This document shows, one piece after another, positions 1 to 17,199 of a stretch of 64,000 bases of DNA. Position numbers and translations under genes: made by a program. Source of the stretch: the human T2T-CHM13v2.0 reference genome, Homo sapiens; assembly GCF_009914755.1 (NCBI RefSeq), contig NC_060927.1, one strand, 5' to 3'. The stretch's first letter is position 1, and each line of letters begins with the position of its first letter. The notes under the pieces were generated by a model that saw only the letters and a program-made list of their open reading frames with translations, was not told the DNA's origin and made no database searches.

Positions 1-267
1 TCATCGGTTTGACTTCCAAGTGATTTAAATTAGCTTCCCATAAGAAGACACAATTATGCCACAGGAGCTTTTACCCTTTAAATGACTGGCCTGTAATAAA
101 GATTTTAGGTTTTATCAAGATAATCCATGTGTTGCCTTTATTGTTTTTTTAATTACTTGGGAAAACTGAGGGTTTTCAGTTTTCACATCCATGTAACCTT
201 CTATGTTGCTTTTGATGTCTTTTGGTTGTCATGTTAATTAAATGAATGTTATTTAAAAATGACATGT

Positions 268-570
268 GGCTGTGTGCAGCGGCTCTTGTCTGTAATTCCA
301 GCCCTTTGGGAGGCCAAGGTGGGTGGATCACTTGAGCCCAGGAGTTCAAGTCCAGCCTGGGCAAAATGGCAAAACCCCATATCTACTAAAAATACAAAAG
401 CTAGCTAGGTGTGGTAGCAAGTGCTCATAGTCCTGGCTACTTGGGAGACTAAGGTGGAGGATCACCTGAGCCTGGGAGGTTGAGGCTGCAGTGAGCCATG
501 ATTTCACCACTGCACTCCAGCCTGGGCAACAGGGTGAGACCCTGTCTCAAAAAAATAATAAAATAAAAAA
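268..570 (+). mobile_element. Alu (AluJ-like)
   Basis: Dimeric Alu with central TACTAAAAATACAAAA linker, J-type GAGCCCAGGAGTTCAAG and GAGGCTGCAGTGAGC, A-rich tail. Confidence 0.93.
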
Positions 571-687
571 CAATAAACTGCCATTCCGTTTTGGTCAAAT
601 GTTTTCAATTTTTTGACATCTTTGCTAAAACTTAGTTGATAACATTGTATGGGAAGCATTGCCAAAAGTTAAGTAACACTAAATCTT

Positions 688-982
688 CTTTTTTTTTTTC
701 TCTGAGACAGAATCTTGCTTTGTCACCCAGGCTGGAGTGCTGTGGCATGATCTAGTGTCACTGCAAATTCTGCCCCAAGGTTCAAGCAATTCTTCTGCCT
801 CAACCTCCCAAGTAGCTGGGACTACAGACAAGTGCCACCATACCCGGCTAATTTTGTATTTTTAGTAGAGACAAGATTTCTCCATGTTGGCCAGGCAGGT
901 GTCGAACTCCTGACCTCTGATGATCTGTCCAACTTGGCCTCCCAAAGTGTTGGGATTACAGGCATGAGCCACTGTGCCCAGC
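688..982 (-). mobile_element. Alu (AluS-like)
   Basis: Poly-T followed by reverse Alu body; flanking direct repeat TAAATCTTCTTTT. Confidence 0.93.
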
Positions 983-1354
983 TTAAATCTTCTTTTGGTT
1001 ACATTTATAGGTATGTTATTAATATAAATATTTTAAAAGTTATATAAATTATAAAAATCTAATAGGGTTTCAGTCATAATTTTGATGATGTTAAATATTT
1101 TCTAAAGTTGTATGTGTATAGATATATTATTAATATAAATATTCTAAAGATTATATAAAATTTGTGGAAGTCTGATGGATCTGATGTGTTGCCATCAGTC
1201 ATGATTCTGGCTGTTATCTTAAAATGCTACATATAATACAAATAACTAAATTTTCTCGAGATTTGAGAACTTCCACTGGATTTTAACCAACGGCTATTCT
1301 AAGTTTTTGTCATCCACGGTGATTGATTAAAGTTCTTCTCTAAAACCCTTTACA

Positions 1355-1695
1355 GGCCGGGCACGGTGCTGGAGGCCATGCAGGGCACGGTGCTGGGCAT
1401 GGTGCAGGGCATGGAGGCTCATGCGTGTAAATATCCCAGCACTTTGCAAGGCTGAGGTGGGTGAATTGCTTAAACTAAGAAGTTTGAAAGCAGCCTAGGC
1501 AATATGGTAAAATCCCATCTCTACAAAAATACAAAAATTAGCCAGGCATGATGGTGCATGCCTATGGTCCCAGCTACTTCGGAGGGTGAGGTAGGAGGAT
1601 GGCTTGAGTTTGGGAGGGAGAGATTGCAGTGAACCAAGATCATGCCACTGCACTCCATCCTGAGTGATAGAGCCAGACCGTGTCTCAAAAAAAAA
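1355..1695 (+). mobile_element. Alu (AluJ-like) with stuttered 5' head
   Basis: Alu body and tail; TSD AAAA(C/G)CCTTTACA; head carries repeated GGGCA(C/T)GGTGC motifs. Confidence 0.88.
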
Positions 1696-2740
1696 GCCTT
1701 TACAATCAGCTATCATCTAAATTACTTTTAATGGAAAGGATTCTGACAAGTTCTCTTAAATATGGTTTCAGATAACTTTGGGGATCAAACCATTGGACTA
1801 GGAAAATCTTCCAGGACTCTAAAAAGCTGAATGAGAATTTCTAATTGAAATCAAGCAAAACACAAAAAACTGAATGAGAATTGCTATTTGAAATCAAGCA
1901 GAACAAGATTTAGTTACATGGGAGTGAACTTATAAAAGAAGGAAAAGATTTTATCCATGGCCCTCCCATTAGAAACATTGTTGATCCTCTTTATGTTTTG
2001 TTTTCCAAAGTCAATAATTTTTTTTCTTTTCAGCTATTTTTAACTTACAATACATTAGATAAACTACATTGTGAACAAAAATTTGAGCCATTTATCTGTC
2101 TCTCTAGCTGATTTCTCCAGAATTCAGAAGCCATTCGTGAGCATTCTTAAATTATGGCAATATAATTATTTGCATAATTTCAATAAGAATCTGTTTTTGG
2201 TAACAAGATTCAATTGGAGACACTGTTTGTTTTATCAAGGCTTTAACTCGAATGGCAGATACAACCAGACCACTTTAAGGAATTGAGGTTGACTTTATAG
2301 CACCAATACAAAGCCCCTTAGAATGACTGGCTTGATGTCCTGTATACAAAGGTCCTTTACAAAGTTGCTATTCTTGTGGTAAGAAATAAAGAATGTCACT
2401 TTCTGATGGGCCAGGAACCTCAAGATATTTGGGGACCTTGAGAAGAGAGGACTACACCCATTCATTAAAGTATTACAGGAGAGCTGGCAAGATGTCTGAA
2501 TAGGAACAGCTCCGGCCTGCAGCACCCAGTGAGATCAACACAGAAGTCAGGTGGTTCATGCATTTCCAACTGAGCCTCCACTGGTGATACCCAGGAAAAC
2601 AGGGTCTGGAGTGGACCTCCAGCAAACTCGAGCAAACCTGCAGCAGAGGGACCTGACTGTTAGAAGGAAAACTAACAAACAGAAAGGAATAGTATCGACA
2701 TCACCAACATCAAAGACCAAAGGTAAATAAATCCACAAAG

Positions 2741-3763
2741 ATGGGGAGAAACCAGTGCAAAAATGCTGAAAACTCCAAAAGTCAGAATGCCTCTTCTCCT
2801 CCAGAAGATCACAACTCCCCACCAGCAAGGGAACAAAACTGGACAGACAGTGAGTTTGATGAATTGACAGAAGTAGGCTTCAGAAGGCGGGTAATAACAA
2901 ACTCCTCCGAGCTAAAGGAGCATGTTCTAACCCAATGCAAGGAAGCTAAGAGCCTGAAAAATAAAGGTTAGACGAATTGTTAACTAGAATAACCAGTTTA
3001 GAGAAGAATATAAATGACCTGATGGAGCTGAAAAACCCAGCACAAGAACTTCATGAAGCATACACAAGTATCAATAGCTGAATCAATCAATCAGGAGAAA
3101 GGATATCAGAGATTGAAGATCAACTCAATGAAATAAAGCAAGAAGACAAGATTAGAGAAAAAAGAGTGAAAAGAAATGAACAAAGCCTCCAAGAAATAGA
3201 GGACTATGTTAAAAGTCTGAATCTACGTTTGATTGGTGTACCTGAAAGTGACAGAAAGAATGGAACCAAGTTGGAAAAAACTCTTAAGGATATTATCCAG
3301 GAGAACTTCCCTAACCTAGCAAGACAGGCCAACATTCAAATTCAGGAAATACAGAGAACACCACTAAGATACTCCTCAAGAAGAGCAACCCCAAGACACA
3401 AAATCATCAGATTCACCAAGGTTGAAATGAAGGAAAAAATATTAAGGGCAGCCAGAGAGAAAGGTTGAGTTACCAACAAAGGGAAGCCCATCAGACTAAC
3501 AGTGGATCTCTTGGCAGATAGCCTACAAGCCAGAAGAGAGTGGGGGCCAATATACGACATTCCTAAAGAAAAGAATTTTCAAGCCAGAATTTCATATCCA
3601 GCCAAACTAAGCTTCATAATTGAAGGAGAAATAAAATCCTTTACAAGCAAATGCTGAGAGATATTGTCACCACCAGGACTGCCTTACAAGAGTTCCTGAA
3701 GGAAGCACTAAACACGGAAAGGAACAACTGGTAACAGCCACTGCAAAAACATACCAAATTATA
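2741..3763 (+). pseudogene. L1 ORF1p remnant (frameshifts and stops)
   Basis: MGRNQCKNAENSK and NLRLIGVPE..ENFPNLARQANIQIQEIQRTP fragments. Confidence 0.9.
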
Positions 3764-3827
3764 AAGACCATTGACACAATGAAAAAACTGCATCAACTAA
3801 TGAGCAAAATAACCAGCTAGTATCATA

Positions 3828-7522
<3,695 letters not shown>

Positions 7523-7755
7523 ACAACGAGAACACAAGCACACAGGGAGGGGAACATCACACACTGGGGCATGTTGGGGGTTGGGGGCGGGGGGAGGGAT
7601 AGCATTAGGACAAATACCTAATATAGGTGATGGGTTGATGGGTGCAGCAAACCACCACAGCACATGTATACCTATGTAACAAACCTCAGCATTCTGCACG
7701 TGTACCCCACAACTTAAAGTATAATAAAAACGTAGGTTAAAAAAAAGTATTACAG

Positions 7756-8915
7756 ACACAGTATGATGCAAATCTTTGACTTGGCTAGCCTCAAGGCTTT
7801 TAAAAGTCTAAGATTCCTTATTAGAAAGTTCCAACAAAGCCAATTTTAAGAAGCCTATATGGTCAATAAATATTCTTGCTGCACTTTATGCAAATAATCA
7901 GACCAGGTATGATAAGACTAAAACTTATTTTGCACAGAAATTTGTCCTACTATGGTTTGTCTTTGATAAAATGATGGACTAGAGAGAGAAAATTCATGTT
8001 TCAAATGAAAACTGTGACATATGCTATTAGATTCCAGCCCTGATCATTCTTTTCCGAGTTTTTATTATTTGCCTATAATTTGGGCTGAATCCTGAATTAT
8101 TTCCTGGCTCCAAGTGTTCCCTAGTGAACCCAGATAAAATATATTTTTAAAAAACTTGTTTTATCCTGTCAGTAATGAGATGTATTTTTGTAGGACTACT
8201 TAAACTAGCAATTACAATTCGATTATTATGATTATAGAATCTCGGGATTTATCTTCCTTCTTGTCAAGGTCTTTACCTGATGTTTGTCTCATTAAAAAAA
8301 AAAAAGAAATCAGACTGATTACACTCTACTCAAGACTGAAGACATGTACTTTAACCTGTCTCTGTTACCAGTAAACCAAAGCCTTAAATTTCAGAATCCG
8401 TCAGGGACCCTGTGTGGTCCCTGGATCAAGCACACATGGGCTTATGAATGTGTTGACCGCTGGCATATGAGAGGTAATTGTCTATTAGGTTATGTGGCTC
8501 TTCCTCTTCCTATTTATAACTCCAATGTTTCTGAACGCTGAAGTAGTTCATCGAAATTATTTTCCAGGATTAGACAAACCGTACCTGCAAACCAAGGAGA
8601 TGAATTTTGGCCTATGTTTGGCAGAAATCTCTTGCAATGGTGGGGAGTAACCTCTCATGAACGTATAATTAGAAATCTGTCAACCACTCTAGGTAACTTA
8701 GCAAATGAACTAGCTGAAGCCATAGCTACCAAATAAAGATCTTCAGACTCTTTAGCCAGGATAGTCATGGATGACGGAATAACTTTAGGCTACATAGTGG
8801 TGAAACAGGGAGAAACTCATATGGCAGCTAGCTAACACTTCATGTTGTGTTTAGATCCATACATCTTCTGAAGTTGAAACACGTGTAAAAAAATAAGACG
8901 ATATGGGAATTAATT
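7756..8915 (+). mobile_element. ERV internal region (right part)
   Basis: Continues after the L1 TSD and contains the env remnant. Confidence 0.6.
8400..8890 (+). pseudogene. Gamma-type retroviral env remnant (SU end and TM ectodomain)
   Basis: Manual translation: WAYECVDRWHMRGNCLLGY, FGRNLLQWWGVTSHERIIRNLSTTL, DSLARIVMDDGITLGYIVVKQG (decayed immunosuppressive domain), then frameshifted ANTSCCV*IHTSSEVE (end of the CX6CC region). Confidence 0.75.
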
Positions 8916-8929
8916 ATGACAAATCCTAG

Positions 8930-9457
8930 GGAAGAGGCTGAAAGAGCTGTAACACAAACAGGGCTGAGACATGCCCCTTGCTCGCCACATTGTGGGCAAA
9001 GAGAAGGAAAGAAGAGCTATGGCCCTTTGGGGAGCCCAGACCTGGGAGCTCCCCGAGCCAGAGCTGTGATTCCTTCTTTGGGGCCTTTGGTTCCTGATAT
9101 CTCCAAGCTTCTGGGTGCCACTGTGTTCCCAGTGTGCCAGCTGTGGAAGCTTCTTGAGGTGCCCGTGGTCCAGCCACAGCCTTGTGGAGAGCTGGCGCCC
9201 GTGTTGGCACCTGGAGCTACCTGCTCCACTTCAGCAGCCAGCAAATCTGACTGCACAGTGGCCAGACCCCATGCTCACTCACACACCCCTTGCCACTCCA
9301 TGCAGTCTCCCTTGGCAGGCATGGGATCCAACGTGGTAGCATGAGCAGAGCACAGCCTGCCAGGCTGAGTGTGCGGGGCCCAGCAAAACTCAGGCAAAGG
9401 TGCCACCAGTCATAGAGGTTTCTGTCCAGAAAAGAAACACCCCAAAGATCCCATAAC
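8930..9457 (+). mobile_element. MER52-type LTR, 3' portion
   Basis: GGGAGCCCAGACCTGGGAGCTCCCC motif, ends ..GATCCCATAACA; homologous to the inverted copy at 32148-33409. Confidence 0.75.
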
Positions 9458-10109
9458 ACCGCTACTCTTCCCAGCCTCTGGAAACTCTCAGTCTACTCTC
9501 TATCTTGATGAGTTCAATTGTTTTAATTTTTAGCTCCCACAAATGAGTGAGAACATGCGAAGTCTGTCTTTCTGTGCCTGGCTCATTGTACTTAACATAA
9601 TTGTCCTCTAGTTCCATCCATGTTGTTGCAAATGACAGAATCTTATTCTTTTTCATGGCCGAAGAGTACTCCATTGTGTATATGTACTACATTTTCTTTA
9701 TCCCTTCATCTGTTGATGCACACTTAGGTTGCTTCCAAATCTTGGCTATTATGAATAGTGCTGAAATAAATATGGGAATGCAGATATCTCTTTGATATAC
9801 TAATTTTCCCTCTCTTGGGTATATACCCAGCAGTGGGATTGCTGGATCATATGATAGTTCTATTTTTAATTTTTTGAGGGACCTCCATATTGTTCTCCAT
9901 AGTGAATATATTAATTTACATTCCCACCAACAGAGTAAGAGTGTTCCCTTTTCCCCAAATTCTTGAAAGCATTTGTTATTGCCTGTCTTTTGCATAAAAG
10001 CCATTTTAATGGGGTAAGATGATATATTTTTGTAGTTTTGATTTCAATTTCTGTCATGATCAATGATATTGAGCATCTTTTCATATACCTATTTGACATT
10101 TATATATGT

Positions 10110-10400
10110 TTTTTTTTGTTTTTGCTCATTTTTTGAGACAGGATCTCACTCTGTCACCCAGGCTGGAGTGCAGTGGTATGATCATGGCTTAATGTAGTGT
10201 TGACTGCCAGGGTTCAAGCAATCCTCCCACCTCAGCCTCCTGAGTAGCTGGGACCACAGTCATGCATCACCATGCCCAGGTAGTTTTTAAAATTATTTGC
10301 TATGTTGTTCAGGTTGGTCTTGAACTCCTGGGCTCAAGTGGCCCACCCGTCTTGGCTCCCCAAAGTTCTGGAATTACATGTGTCAGCCACTGCGCCTGAC
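10110..10400 (-). mobile_element. Alu (AluJ-like)
   Basis: Reverse Alu with CTCCTGGGCTCAAG. Confidence 0.88.
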
Positions 10401-10827
10401 CTGTGTGCCTTCTTTTGAGAACTGTCTGTTCAGATCTTTTGCCTATTTAAATAATTGGATTGTTAGTTTTTTTCTTGTAGAGTTGTTTGAGCTCCTTATA
10501 TATTCTGGTTATTAATCCCTTGTCAGTTATATAGTTTGCAAATATTTTCTTCCATTCTGTGGATTGTCTTTTCACTTTGTCCATTGTTTTCTTTACTGTG
10601 CAGAAACTTTTGAACTTGATGTGATACCACTTGTTCATTTTTGCTTTGGTTGCCTGAGCTTTTGGAGTATTACTCAAGAAATCTGTGCCAAGACCAATTT
10701 CCTGGAGAGTTTCCCTAATGTTTTCTTTCAGTAGTTTCGTGTCTTTGATTTAAGTCTTTAACCCATTTGGATTTGATTTTTGTATATAGTGCAAGAGAGG
10801 GTTCTAGTTTAACTATTCTGCCAATGA

Positions 10828-11092
10828 CTTTGGGAGGCCAAGGTGGGCGGATCATGGGGGCAGGAGATCGAGACCATCCTAGCTAACACGGTGAAACTCC
10901 GTCACTACTAAAAGTACAAAAAAAAAATTAGCCAGGCGTGGTGGTGGGCACCTGTACTCCCAGCTACTTGGGAGGCTGAGGAGGAGAATGGTGTGAAACC
11001 GGGAGGTGGAGCTTGCAGTGAGCCCAGATCGCGCCACTGCACTCCAGCCTGAGCAACAGAGCTAGACTCCATCTCAAAAAAAAAAAAAAAAA
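10828..11092 (+). mobile_element. 5'-truncated Alu (AluY-like)
   Basis: GGAGATCGAGACCATCCT and GGAGCTTGCAGTGAG; TSD TCTGCCAATGA. Confidence 0.9.
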
Positions 11093-12371
11093 TCTGCCAA
11101 TGAATATCTAGTTTTCCCAGCACAATTTGTTGAAGAGACTGTCCTCTCCCCCATGTATATTCTTGGCACCTTCATTGAAAATGACTTAATTGTAAATGTA
11201 TGGATTTATTTCTGGGTTCTCTATTCTGTTCCATTGGTCTATGTGTCTGTTTTATGCCAGTACCATGCTGTTTTGTTTATAATTGCTCTGTACTATAATT
11301 TAAAGTCAGGTGATGTGATTCTTCCAGTTTTGTTCTTTTTGCTCAGGATGGCTTTTGGTATTCTGGGTCTTTTATGGTTTCATGTAAATTTTAGGATTTT
11401 TTTTCTATTTCTGTGAAGAAAGTTATTAGTATTTCAATAGGGATTGCATTGAATCTGTAGATTGCTTTGTGAAGTATGGGTATTTTAACAATATTTACTC
11501 TTCCAATAAATGAACATGGACTATCTTTCCATTTTTTTTTTTGGTGTCCTCTTTAATTTTTTTGCATCTATGTTTTATAGTTTTCATTGTAGAGATCTTT
11601 CACTTCTTCTGTTATGTTTATTCCCAGTTATTTTATTTTATTTGTAGCTATTGTAAATGGGATTACATTTTTGATTTTCTTCTTTAGATTGTTCATTTTT
11701 GTCATTTAGAAATGCTACTGACTTTTGTAGTTTGATTTTGTATCCTGTGACTCTGAATTTGTTGATCAGTTCTAATCGTTTTTTGGTGGAGTCCTTAGGT
11801 TTTTCCAAATGTAAGAGCTAATCATCTGCAAACAAGAAACAGTAATAATTTTACTTCTTTCCAATTTGGATCCCTTTTATTGTTTTTCTCTTGTCTGAAT
11901 TGCTCTAGCTAGGACTTCCAGTACTATGTTGAGTAACAGTGTTGGAAGTGGACATTCTTGTCTTGTTCCAGATCTTAGAAGAAAGGCTTTCAGCTTTTCC
12001 CTGTCCAGGATGATACTGGCTGTGGGTCTGTTGCATATGGTTTTCATTTTGTTGTGGTATGTTCCTTCTATATCTAGTTTTTTTTGAGGGTTTCTTTTTA
12101 TCACAGGGATGTTGAATTTCATTAAATGCTTTTCAGCATCAATTGAAATTATCATATGGTTTTTGTCCTTCATTCTGTTGATATGATGTGTCACATTGAT
12201 TGATTTGCATACATTGAACCATGTTGGCATCCTTGGGATAAATCCCACTTAGACATGATGAATGGTCTTTTTCATAGGATGAGTTTGGAAATACTACAGC
12301 CTTCTCTGTTTTTTTGGAATAGTTTGAGTAGGATTGATAGTAATTCTGCCTTCAATGTTTGGTAAAATTAA

Positions 12372-12760
<389 letters not shown>

Positions 12761-13124
12761 TTTCTTCCAGGTTTTTCAATTTATTGGAATATAGTTGGTC
12801 ATAATAGTTTCTAATGATTCTTTGAATTTCCACAGTATCAGTTATAGTGTCTCCTTTTTAATCTCTGGTTTTATGTATTTGAATCTTCTCTCTTTTTTCT
12901 TAGTCTGGTTAAGTGTTTGTTGATTTTGTTGGTCTTTTAAAAATATTAACTTTTCATTTCATTGATATTTTATATTTTTAAATTTCAATTTCATTTATTT
13001 CTGCTCCGATCTTTGCTATGTTTCCTTCTACTAATTTTGGTTTTGGCTTGCTCTTGCTTTTCTAATTATTTAAGATGCATTATTAGGTTGTTTATTTGAA
13101 GCTTTTCTACTTTTTTTGATGTAG

Positions 13125-13505
<381 letters not shown>

Positions 13506-13554
13506 TGAGACCCTTTTACTTGATAACAGTGGTAGCTGGGACAAGTTGGCAATG

Positions 13555-13830
13555 TAAATAAATAAACAACATCTAGATTGGAAAGGAAGAAGTACAGTTA
13601 TCTTTATGTACAGATGACATGATCTTGCATTTAGAAAATCGTAAGAAATTTACTAAAAAGTATTAGGACTCATGAACAAACTTAAGAATGTAACACTATA
13701 TAAGATTGGTATAAAAAATAACTGTATTTCTTTACCAATAAATCAAGAATCCAAAAATGGAATTAAAAAAATAAATCTTGTTACAATAGAATTAAAGCTG
13801 GGGAAGCTTAAACTTGAACACTAAAAACTA
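13555..13830 (+). mobile_element. Ancient L1M ORF2 (RT) fragment
   Basis: GGAAAGGAAGAAGTA..CAGATGACATGATC..TAGAAAATC resembles the GKEEVK/ADDM region. Confidence 0.6.
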
Positions 13831-14369
13831 CAATACATGGTTAGCGTTGGAAACAGCCAGATACCATCCCTGAGCCTTCTCTCCTTGGCTCTGAGGGCTT
13901 TACCTTCACGGGGTGAGGAAAGGGGTTGCATTCTTGGCTTTTACATTATATTAGGTGGGTTCGGGTTGAGGTATCTGCAATTCAAATGAGTATTACAATC
14001 TCTACTTTTATGGATAAGAGACTGAGGCCCACCAAGAGAGGGAATGACAGTCCATATCCTGGAAGGCGAATTGTCAGGCACTGATTTCCGCTATTTAACC
14101 CCTGCCAATCATCATGTATTTAAAGGATCCCCAGATACCATACCAATAGGTGTTCAAGAGAGAGGCCTGTAATCTAGGCGTCTGAGAAAACAAGGCTAGA
14201 GATTCCAATATTGGAGACAACAGGGCTCTGGGAAGATTAAGGTTGAGTTTTCTGGATCTGCAGAATAGAGTCACTGAGGACCAATTGCAAGATCAGAGGA
14301 GATGAAAGAACAAGTCAGGGCATGCTTAGGAAAAGAGAATACCAGGGATAGGTTTTAGGCAAGAGTCAC

Positions 14370-14730
14370 ACTGAGGAAGGGCAGGTTCTTGGCGTCGTTT
14401 AGGAAGAAATCCAAAAGCAAGCCTGTGGTGGAAGAAAGCAGCTCTACGGAGGCATTGGCGGTGTTACAGCACTGCGTCCACTCCGGCAGGGCAGGGAGCC
14501 CTCCGTGGGTTGTGCTCCCAGAGCAGCAGCCTAGGGGTGGCTTGTAGTCATTTTTATAATTCACTTTTAATGGCATGCTAATTAAGGGGCGGGTTATTCA
14601 GAAATAGCTAGAAATGGGCAGTAACTTCCATCTGTTTCCATGGCAAGGGGTGGGGACTTCTCGTGATGACATGGCATTGGCAAACTGTCATGGCACTGGT
14701 GGGAGCGTCTTCTGGTGATCTGAGGCGTGA
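14370..14730 (-). mobile_element. ERV1-class LTR fragment (subfamily uncertain)
   Basis: TTAAGGGGCGGGTTATTCAGAA..CATGGCATTGGCAAACTGTCATGGCACTGGTGGGAG motif typical of MER4-group LTRs. Confidence 0.45.
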
Positions 14731-15335
14731 GGTGCTTTCGCTGCCTCTCCCAGGTTCCTGCGTGCCTCTTACCTGAAAGCCCATCACACCCCCATCTGCC
14801 CACCTACAAACGTCACTGCCCTTTCACCCCATCCCCGTTTCACACGCACTCCCACATCAACCCTGAGCATTCAAGCCTGCGTTTCCCTGTTAGGAACCTC
14901 GGTGGTAGCCGGAGCTCTGAGAAACCCCTAGGCAGAACTCCTTGCCTAGTTTGTGGCAGACATCAGGAAAGGAAAGGCAAATTTCAGGTCTTTCTCACAA
15001 TAAATAAATAAAGATAGGTAGATTTGATTGATGGATGGATGGATGAAACCTGGGAGTCTACGGGCAAATATTTATCAGACACTGGAAGTGTAAGTTGTCA
15101 CAAAGATTATGGAGTGCACCTGTCTTATGACCCTGTTATTTTATCCTAGTATGTGCACTAGAGCATATTTTCTAACAGTGTAAATTGAAGGCTCACAAAT
15201 TAGTTTAGTGAGAGAAAAGATAACGGATTGGAAGAGAATTACCATATTCATTAGTTGTGTTTTAAAATTTTTAAAGTAAAATAGAGACATTATTTTTTTC
15301 ATGCTTTCGAATGCATCTATAAAAAATAGACTTGA

Positions 15336-15655
<320 letters not shown>

Positions 15656-15839
15656 TCATAGCATAGACCAATTGGCCTCTATTGAAATTTCTCCATTATT
15701 TTCACAATGTCCCAGGCTGTGAAACCAGGATTTAATAAAGAACCAGAATGCCACATCTGTGTCACCTGGGTAGGGACCAGTCCTGATACATTAAGTCCGG
15801 GTCTCTGGGTAACTGGACTCAACTGCTGGGCAAAACAGA

Positions 15840-16440
15840 ATGTCCGGCTTGGGTTCCTAACGGGGTACCGCAAAGCCTCATGGGAATTGTAGTGTCACCT
15901 TCCAATGATGTTACCATCAAGGACCTTGGGAACCAGCTTTTCTCTCTGCGCTTGCGCCGCCCGGCCCACTCCGCCATTTTCCTCCGGAAGTGCGGCACCC
16001 AGAGGCGGTCCTGTAGCCGGGCCGGCTTGGGGCTTGGTTCTATGTCCCTGCGGGTCGGTGCAAGGGCGAAGAGGAACCCCTGGGCCTCAGGGGATCCCGG
16101 GGGGCCGGGCCAGTGTTCCCTAGTTGTGGGAGCAGACGCGTGGGCACATTGCGGGCGGGCAGGGCCTGAAGTGCAGGTGCGGGCAGTGGACCCTGGCGGG
16201 GGCTGGGAGGACAGGCGTGGGGTCCCGGCAGTGAAACGGGTTCTAGAGGCGCAGGAGCAGGTAGGAGAGGCCGGTGGCCCTGGGCCCGGAGTCTGCAGGC
16301 CGCGCTCCTGTCCTGCCGCTGAGGGACCCGGTTACCAACCTGCATGACGCTCAGTTTGCCCATCTGTCCCAGTGGTAACACACAGTTCTCGGGAGACGTT
16401 CCCCATTCCCAGAGGAGTAGTGTGAAACGCGTGCGCCTCT
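15840..16440 (+). promoter_or_regulatory. CpG island with housekeeping-type promoter
   Basis: High GC and CpG outside any repeat; TGGGAATTGTAGT (ZNF143/THAP11 motif, 15881-15893), TGCGCTTGCGC (NRF1-like, 15947-15957), CCGCCATTTT (YY1, 15971-15980), CCGGAAGTG (ETS/GABPA, 15984-15992); strand inferred from downstream splice donors. Confidence 0.8.
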
Positions 16441-17199
16441 AGTCTTAAACTTGGCGTTTGTATTAGTTGGGTTTCCTGGTGTCTCTTTAGCAAGTGAAGT
16501 TTCTGGTTCCCTCCTTCACTGTGTGACCTGCCTAGTCCTCCTGGGTCGCATTTACAGAAGTTTATACGAGACCTAGTTTCCAGGGAAGAACTCACTGATT
16601 CCGCGAGGGAGATGGCTTAATGGATGATGGTCGTCAGCCTTAAGGATACTTCAGTCTTAACTGTGTGTTACAAAGTTTGAAAGGGAGGGTTCCCTATGAA
16701 TAAGAAGCACACTTGAAAGAACAGCCATCTGGTCTAACCTCTCACTGGTGCTTCAGAGGAGGAAAAAAGGTCACAGGTGAAGATCCCAGTTTTCCTTGCT
16801 CAGGAAATATTAATTCTACTCCCTAGAATGCACACGATTTGCAAAGACTAGGTGATAGTAGAAGGTTTGGACGAACTTTCAGAAGGTTGAGGTGAATTCA
16901 GCTAAGAAGAACAGGCAAGGACTTAGGAAATATTCCTTATTTGAAGGGGCCTGAAAGTGTGGTCTGGGGTACAGCAGTGACCTGTCATACTTGAGAGGAT
17001 TAAAATACTCTCCAAACACAGTCCCATTCCTTCAACCTTAGCTCGTTTTTTCCAGCGTCTGAGATATATTAAACCTAGTCCATCCCCAAATTTAACATTA
17101 GATTGCGAAGTTCTATTGATTGTATTTGATTTGTAATTTAAGATTTTCTCCCCCTACGTAATTTTGTTAAAAACACAGAAGTGAATTCTGTTCACTTAG

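Larger units (their letters stand above)
1..2478 (+). mobile_element. Decayed ERV1-class internal sequence (left part), interrupted by three Alus and an L1
   Basis: AT-rich non-coding sequence that resumes after the L1 TSD (7744-7755) and runs into an env remnant; family assignment is inferred. Confidence 0.45.

Noticed and set aside
15880-16381. 155-aa and 113-aa ORFs over the CpG island
   Set aside because: GC-rich sequence has few stop codons; no recognisable domain and low-complexity composition.
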